Source: Trichodesmium erythraeum IMS101 (GTDB taxonomy: Bacteria; Cyanobacteriota; Cyanobacteriia; Cyanobacteriales; Microcoleaceae). From it: DNA of 32,000 bases. Below the pieces are notes generated by a model, which saw only the letters and a list, made by a program, of their open reading frames with translations, did no database searches and was not told where the DNA came from. The position numbers and the translations under genes were made by a program. The DNA lies in contig NC_008312.1 in assembly GCF_000014265.1 (NCBI RefSeq), positions 3,930,001-3,962,000 on the forward strand, written 5' to 3'. Positions 26,896 through 32,000 of this stretch are shown here, piece by piece; the first letter of the stretch is position 1, and each line of letters begins with the position of its first letter.

Positions 26896-27825
26896 TTAGC
26901 CAATAGCAGTTTGATTAGATAATAACAGCCATTTTTGTAACCCATCAATTAACCCTTGAGTGTAGTTATAAGCTGCCATATTGCCTTGATCACAAAAACA
27001 CTTTGCAGCGGCTTGCAAATCTTGAATTGCTGCTTCATAAAGTCCACCTTCTTCAAGCAATAACCCTCGGTTTAAATATGCTTGAGCTTCATAGGGATTA
27101 ATTTGTAGACTTTTACTAAAATCTGCCATTGCTCCTTCAATATTTCCCATCTTCCTACAGACACAACCTCTGTTATAATAAGCTCTAGAATTATCAGCAT
27201 CTATATAAATAGCATAATTAAAATCTGCCATAGCTTTGTGGGTATTTTTTGACATTAAATATGCCAAACCCCTTTCATTATAAATATCTCCTTGATTAAG
27301 GCTAGCATCCTGCTGAATATTTGTTAGAATTAAGTTATAGTTTTCTATGGCTTCGTGATAATTCTTTAGTTCAAAATTAGCCAACCCACGATTATATAAA
27401 GCACGAAAATCATTATGCTGATGATTAAGGACCTGATTATATTCTGCAATAGCCTGTTGGTAATTACCAATTTTGTCATAAGCTAAACCTAGGTTGAGAT
27501 TTGCTTCTATATTTTTTGGATTAATTTTTATGGCTTCGGTACAGTCAGCGATCGCTTCCTCATATTTTCCCCATTGAAGATAAACTAAACATCTATTACT
27601 ATAAGCACTAGCAAACTTAAATTTCAATTCTATGGCTTTAGTAAAATTTTCAACTGCTTGCTCATAGTTTTTGTTTTCTGAATTAGTAATTCCTTCAGTA
27701 AAGACCTTTTTAGCATTTCCAATCTTTAAGTTAGCAGTTGCAATTTTCATCGGTGGAGAGAATGACAAAAATAAGACTGTAACAACAATAATAATGCTGA
27801 ATAAAAATCGATATAAGCCACTCAT
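26896..27825 (-). CDS. Tetratricopeptide-repeat protein with N-terminal membrane anchor or signal
   Basis: 309 aa. The hydrophobic start is MSGLYRFLFSIIIVVTVLFLSF. Then come ~7 consecutive 34-aa TPR units of the form YxNRGxxYxxxxxYxxAIxDFxxAIxIxP. Confidence 0.85.
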   Translation of the reverse strand: MSGLYRFLFSIIIVVTVLFLSFSPPMKIATANLKIGNAKKVFTEGITNSENKNYEQAVENFTKAIELKFKFASAYSNRCLVYLQWGKYEEAIADCTEAIKINPKNIEANLNLGLAYDKIGNYQQAIAEYNQVLNHQHNDFRALYNRGLANFELKNYHEAIENYNLILTNIQQDASLNQGDIYNERGLAYLMSKNTHKAMADFNYAIYIDADNSRAYYNRGCVCRKMGNIEGAMADFSKSLQINPYEAQAYLNRGLLLEEGGLYEAAIQDLQAAAKCFCDQGNMAAYNYTQGLIDGLQKWLLLSNQTAIG

Positions 27826-28009
27826 TTGTCACCGTATGTATTTACTTAAGATGCCAATATTGGGGCGAATACATAGAGCTATAGATTTAGTATTTCCTTT
27901 TGCTCTAATTTTCACCCCTACTATTAAGGAATATATTATCAAGATGAGAAAGCTTTCATTTGTGATTTAGAAAACTTTTCTCTCCTATCTTTTCCTAGTT
28001 TAGTATGAA

Positions 28010-28345
28010 TTATTTCCAGCCGCCTTCAGCTTGAGCCATAACATAAGCTGCAACATTTTCAATTTGTTGAGGTTTGAGACGACGCCCAAATGCTGGCATT
28101 GCATTTTTACCATTTGTCACCTGGTAGATAATTTTCTCCGCTGCAAACATACCATATTTTTCTAAATCTGACTTTTGTAAAGTCTTTGCAGGGTTAATGT
28201 TATTCTTACCTCCGATATGGCAAGCTGCACAGTTACCTTGGAATACCCCCTTCCCACTAGCTATATCAGCAGCAAAAGCTGAAGGTTGTAACGCAACAAC
28301 AACAAACATTATGGTTAAGACCACAATTGATAGTAATTTTTTCAT
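28010..28345 (-). CDS. petJ: Cytochrome c6 (c553) precursor
   Basis: 111 aa from ATG 28345. Signal peptide MKKLLSIVVLTIMFVVVALQPSAFA. Mature ADIASGKGVFQGNCAACHIGGKN (CxxCH haem site) and NGKNAMPAFGRRL (Met ligand region), then QIENVAAYVMAQAEGGW. The track start at 28405 adds 20 non-signal residues. Confidence 0.9.
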   Translation of the reverse strand: MKKLLSIVVLTIMFVVVALQPSAFAADIASGKGVFQGNCAACHIGGKNNINPAKTLQKSDLEKYGMFAAEKIIYQVTNGKNAMPAFGRRLKPQQIENVAAYVMAQAEGGWK

Positions 28346-28412
28346 TTGTTCTTCTCTGTCAGTACGAACACAGATTATTGTTAAATCCGTTTTTATTATT
28401 TTCAATGAAGTT

Positions 28413-28441
28413 TAATATTAAGTCAAAAGACATTTTGTCAA
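28413..28441 (-). promoter_or_regulatory. Candidate petJ promoter: TTGACA -35, 17/18-nt spacer, ATATTA/TATTAA -10
   Basis: The minus strand reads tTTGACAaaatgtcttttgacttaATATTAAac. The -35 is at 28441-28436, about 70 nt upstream of ATG 28345. It overlaps the dyad GACAAAATGTC. Confidence 0.4.
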
Positions 28442-29393
28442 ACATAATAATTGGATGAATTACTATTAAATAGTTTTTCATGCTTTTCATTTTTCTTAAA
28501 AATTAAAAAATACTTAAGTACCATAATAATATTGTTTACCTAACTTAATTTGATGTAAAAAATACAATATAAAGACTTCAAACTGACAAAAATTATCATT
28601 AATTTTGTGTGCCTACTTATTAATAATCAAAATAACTATCCTCACCCTCAAATACTTAACTTTTAGAGAGAGAAAAATTTAATATAGTAACCCTGTAAAA
28701 TCACTAGACTTCTTCAAAAAATAACTCTAACTCTTGTTACTTTTGCCCTTTACATAAGTGCCCTCTGCCTACTACCTGAAAGCAGCCCATTTATTTCTTT
28801 CATTTTTCAGATAAGATTGCTATAATTAGATTTCTATCTTCTTTGTCTGTTTAAGAGCTAGGCTTTTTTTCATTTCTTAAAATCTTCATCGGCCTAAAGT
28901 CGCAGAAATTCTAACCGAGCTGGAGCTCAAGGAAATGTCACTTATTAGCTATAATCTTGGCTTATTTATGATAATCTGTAATTACCTTAATTTATCCTAC
29001 TTGGATTTAAAACAGAACTGCATCCAAATTACCAGCCAAAAACATTGCTAGCTAAACATAAGCTCTGTAGGCCGTCATGCAAATAAATTGAGGTTTGTGA
29101 TTAACTTTGTCTAGCAGAAGTCCCGCAACATAGTTGACTTGGTGTCAGGATGAATGGGTTATTTCTGAATCATTTTGTCTACTTCTAAACGTTTATCTTT
29201 AATATCATCAGGCAAATTATCTATGAAGTCGCTAATTACCTGCGTCATTGTTTTCTATTTTTTTATAGCATATAATCTTAACTTATCTAATCTTTCTTTA
29301 GTTGTTCGACAATGCAATAATTATTTCATATTTATATGCTGCAATTATGTATATAAATTATAATAATATATATGTTCAAAAAATAAAAGATAA

Positions 29394-30618
29394 ATGAGAA
29401 TACCCTACTAATACAAGTTGCATCCAACAAAAGAGCAAGCAGAAAAAATAGACAAGATACTAGATATGTTGCGTTATCAATATAACTATATGTTGGCTAT
29501 TGGTTTATTTGGTGGGAACAAAATAACTTTCCAATTAATGCTTTTCCTTTTATATCTTATCTACCCGCTCTTAAAGACCAACCAAAAAGATTTAGTCAGT
29601 AAAAGTAATTAACTCAATTAAAGTTAGATAGACCCTGGTACAAACAGATTCATAGCTAAGTATTACAAGAAGCACCAAAAAGAGTTGATCGGGCATTTGA
29701 TAGATGGCTAAAAAGTGACGTTAATAGTAAACACTTAGGCAAACCTAGGTTCAAAGGAAAATGTCAGTACAAAACATTTACTTATCCTCAGTTTAAACAA
29801 CATCATTTTGTTAATAACAAAGTCAAATTATCTAAAATTGTTGATCTGAAAGTAATTGTACATAGACCTATTCCAGACCGTTTCACTATCAAAACAGCAT
29901 CATTAATTAGGAAATATAATTGGTATTTTGTCGCTTTCAGCTTAGAAGACAAGTCTATAGCTGAAATTAAACTAGATATTAAGCGAGGTACAATGGTAGG
30001 TATAGATGTTGGTATTATAGATTGTTTTATTATTTCTAACAATGAATCATTTGCAGCTCCTAAATACCTGATAAAGGCCGAATAAAAAAATCAAGTTAAC
30101 ACAAAGGAAAGTGTCTATAATCAAGAAAGGTTATAAACCTAGATAAAAGGTCATTAAAAAGTTAGCTAATAAACATATAAAAGTTGCTGATACCAGAAAA
30201 ATTTTTCACTTAAAAAATGCTAATAATTTGTTATATAAATATGACATTATTGCAGTAGAAAAGCTAAATATAAAAGATATGTCTAAATCTAGATTAGCTA
30301 AATATATATATGATGCATGATGGGGAAATTTCAAGACTATTTTAAACTAACAAAGCCGAAAAAGCTCGTCAGTTAGTTGTAGAAATTAAACCTCATGGAA
30401 TGTTAACTGAATGCAGTAATTGTGGGCATCAAGTCAAAAAAACTTTAGCTCAAAGACAGCACCAATTTCCTAACTGTAACTTATCAATTAGTAGAGACTT
30501 AAATACTGCAATTAACATCAAAAATAGAGCCAAAGTATTGATTAAATACTTGCTGCCACAAATCAAACTTAAATCATATAAAGGTTTGAGCCTATTCGCG
30601 CATCAATTTGAGAGGTAG
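29394..30618 (+). pseudogene. tnpB: Decayed tnpB (IS200/IS605-family, IS1341-type RNA-guided nuclease) gene
   Basis: M-R-I-P-Y-TAA(29409-29411)-YKLHPTKEQAEKIDKILDMLRYQYNYML matches the TnpB N-terminus but carries an in-frame stop. Later fragments lie in shifting frames: PRFKGKCQYKTFTYPQ..VKLSKIVDLKVIVHRPIP; the RuvC-I motif MVGIDVGI; IAVEKLNIKDMSK; and the zinc-finger/RuvC-III segment CSNCGHQVKKTLAQRQHQFPNCNLSISRDLNTAINIKNRA. At least 8 stops or frameshifts interrupt the gene. Confidence 0.85.
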
Positions 30619-30715
30619 GGCATTCCTTGTTAGCTCAGTTTATGTCTATATATTAGAGTTGCTGAGAAGCCCGCTTTGTAGCTTGTCTCAAAGTTTGGAG
30701 TATGTCACGGAAAAA
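30530..30715 (+). ncRNA. Possible remnant of the TnpB-associated omega (right-end) RNA scaffold
   Basis: The call is positional: omega RNAs overlap the 3' end of tnpB and extend to the IS right end. The segment ends with ..GCTGAGAAGCCCGCTTTGTAGC..TGGAGTATGTCAC, which loosely resembles cyanobacterial element ends. No covariation or alignment was possible here. Confidence 0.2.
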
Positions 30716-31224
30716 TATTCCTTTTTCATGACTTCTCAAATCTCAGGAATTCCAATGCCATTGACTTACATAAGCCGTTGGTTTAGGTTAAACCCAAAAA
30801 CTGTTACCCTGCTTGAGGTATTGTTTTCTACTCGGTAGTATCGGTTATTCAAGTGTGAACACTTTGGTTTGAGTTGTAAGGCAAGACTTAAATGCTTGTT
30901 GAAATATAACAATGAAGTTCAGTTTTACAGTCCGTGTCAGGGGAGCTGGATCAGATTGATGTGGCGAGTCTTAGGGAGCGTCTTCAAAGACTTATGTAGA
31001 TAATAATCATAGGTTTTTCCAAACGGAGAGTTGACCTTTTCCTGATACAAACCTCAGAGATCCATAAGCTAATACACCTATCCCAACCCACCCTCGTCAC
31101 TTTCCGGGGGAGGATATTTAGGAGTTGGTTACCTTTTCTTCAGCATCCATTTTTGGTCTCGGACTGCCCGTCCACGACTAATTAATCAACAAAATAATAG
31201 TATTTGTATTGTCTTCAAAAAAAT

Positions 31225-31253
31225 AACTAAAAAAAATCGCCCTAAAAGGGCGA
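31225..31253 (-). terminator. Intrinsic terminator of petE
   Basis: The minus strand reads TCGCCC-tttta-GGGCGA followed by T8 (plus-strand A-run 31229-31236). It lies about 47 nt past the petE stop. Confidence 0.7.
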
Positions 31254-31299
31254 GGTATTAAACTCAATTTTTCAGTAATGTACAAGTTAAGTTCTGCTA

Positions 31300-31701
31300 T
31301 TATTTTACAATCATATGACCAACCATTCCGGCACCACGGTGAGGAGTACAGAAGAACTCATAATCACCAGCCGTAGCATCTGCTGGGATACTTATATCAA
31401 AGCTTTCTCCAGTTTTATATGCCAATTCTTTGTGGGAAAGTGCTTTAGACAGATCTGCATTTGGTGATTTAGCAGGATTAAAAATTACATTATGAGGTTG
31501 AAGCATACCATTCTTGAATGTAACTGTATCACCTGGTTGAACAGTTACTTTCTTCGGAGCAAATTGTAGCCCACCAGCACCCATTGTTACTTTATAGTTT
31601 GCTGCTTCTGCTGGACTAGAGAATACTAGACTACTGATAACTAGCATTACTACGGAAGCTAGTATTGCTATAGACTTAGACAATGAGGAAATCTTACTCA
31701 T
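31300..31701 (-). CDS. petE: Plastocyanin precursor
   Basis: 133 aa with signal peptide MSKISSLSKSIAILASVVMLVISSLVFSSPAEA. Copper ligands sit in the canonical context: QPHNVIF (His) and YEFFCTPHRGAGMVGHMIV (Cys-x2-His-x4-Met). Confidence 0.92.
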   Translation of the reverse strand: MSKISSLSKSIAILASVVMLVISSLVFSSPAEAANYKVTMGAGGLQFAPKKVTVQPGDTVTFKNGMLQPHNVIFNPAKSPNADLSKALSHKELAYKTGESFDISIPADATAGDYEFFCTPHRGAGMVGHMIVK

Positions 31702-31745
31702 CTTTAACCCCTATTTTTTTAAATTATTCTGTATTTGTACTATGT

Positions 31746-31773
31746 ATTATATAATAACAAGACAAATCGTCAT
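31746..31773 (-). promoter_or_regulatory. Candidate petE promoter: ATGACG -35, 16-nt spacer, TATAAT -10
   Basis: The minus strand reads tATGACGatttgtcttgttattaTATAATacatagtacaaatacag. The perfect -10 is at 31751-31746, about 45 nt upstream of ATG 31701. It overlaps the dyad GACGATTTGTC. Confidence 0.4.
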
Positions 31774-31844
31774 ACCTAAATAATTTACTATAAATAATCG
31801 GGAATTTTCAACTAGGCCAAACTAAAATCGAAAAATTAAAAATT

Positions 31845-32000
31845 ATGAGTCCTCTACCTAATCACCGTCCACAACAAATGTCCCTTGGCCCTTTGGAAAC
31901 AGAAATTTTGAATATTGTTTGGGACTTAGGTTGTGCCACAGTCAAAGAGGTACAAGAAATTATTCTAGCTGACCCTGAGCGAGAGTTAGCTTATACTTCA
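31845..32000 (+). CDS. BlaI/MecI/CopY-family winged-helix repressor, N-terminal 52 codons (PetR-like by context); continues past the right window edge
   Basis: Not in the ORF track because it is truncated at the edge. ATG 31845 encodes MSPLPNHRPQQMSLGPLETEILNIVWDLGCATVKEVQEIILADPERELAYTS. This matches the family N-terminal pattern L.p.E.eI...vW..g..Tv.ev...l......aYTT. The gene is divergent from petE. Confidence 0.6.
   Translation, partial: MSPLPNHRPQQMSLGPLETEILNIVWDLGCATVKEVQEIILADPERELAYTS

Noticed and set aside
17480-28415. Tracked ORFs 17480-17692, 18553-18759 and 21065-21322 (antisense to the kinase), 24405-24593 (antisense to M23), 27671-27970 and 28197-28415 (antisense to TPR and petJ)
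   Set aside because: These are shadow ORFs on the opposite strand of strongly supported genes.
29159-29248. 29-codon minus-strand ORF MTQVISDFIDNLPDDIKDKRLEVDKMIQK, resembling the start of a DUF1801/YdhG-like protein
   Set aside because: It is too short and has no ribosome-binding site. It is probably a gene fragment left next to the tnpB insertion, and I cannot support it as a functional gene.
29803-30838. Tracked ORFs 29803-30042(-) and 30608-30838(+); the fragment 30400-30618(+) treated as an independent gene
   Set aside because: 29803-30042 is antisense to the TnpB RuvC-I fragment. 30400-30618 is the C-terminal piece of the tnpB pseudogene. 30608-30838 overlaps the presumed omega-RNA / right-end region and has no motifs.
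30840-31224. Slightly GC-richer unassigned segment (e.g. CAGTCCGTGTCAGGGGAGCTGGATCAG, CCCAACCCACCCTCGTCACTTTCCGGGGGAGG), considered as a structured RNA or gene remnant
   Set aside because: Only 4-5-bp complementary segments were found. There is no group I or II intron, RNase P or tmRNA signature, and all six frames are interrupted. It is left unassigned and would need a covariance-model scan (Rfam/Infernal).
31726-31745. Three phased TACA tetramers (minus strand aTACAtagTACAaaTACAg) just downstream of the petE -10, reminiscent of BlaI/CopY TACA..TGTA boxes
   Set aside because: They are direct rather than inverted repeats, and no counterpart exists upstream of petJ. The GAC..GTC element shared by both promoters is the better operator candidate.

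Overview
AT-rich cyanobacterial chromosomal segment. The taxon call rests on many HIP1 octamers (GCGATCGC, e.g. 1114-1121, 2162-2169, 3233-3240, and one in each unit of a 136-bp array) plus plastocyanin, cytochrome c6 and long-chain flavodoxin genes. The long spacers, tandem repeats and decayed IS copies resemble Trichodesmium-like filamentous genomes; this is inference only. Roughly one third of the window has no intact ORF. Content from left to right: (1) A minus-strand archaic (sigma/Csu-type) chaperone-usher pilus operon with two secreted SCPU-like subunits, a PapD-like chaperone and an usher gene. The usher is absent from the supplied ORF track because it runs off the left edge. (2) A 5.4-copy 136-bp non-coding tandem array, then an ECF sigma factor gene whose C-terminal extension is built from three near-identical in-frame 120-bp repeats. 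(3) The main candidate system: a 1653-aa Upf1-like SF1B helicase followed by a 614-aa protein with one textbook HKD phospholipase-D nuclease motif. The helicase has an N-terminal beta-helix-like module and a ~700-aa coiled-coil insertion inside the motor. This pairing is Mokosh-like and parallels the piRNA MOV10/Zucchini pair, but the architecture is atypical. (4) A convergent 1811-aa Ser/Thr kinase-NTPase-GAF-histidine kinase. (5) A 1.4-kb gene desert with an IS1-like remnant, then an M23 peptidase. (6) A metal-sparing electron-carrier island: flavodoxin, a TPR protein, petJ, a decayed tnpB element, petE and a divergent partial BlaI/PetR-like regulator. The petJ and petE promoters share a dyad motif. 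All calls come from reading the sequence and remembered family motifs; no searches were run.
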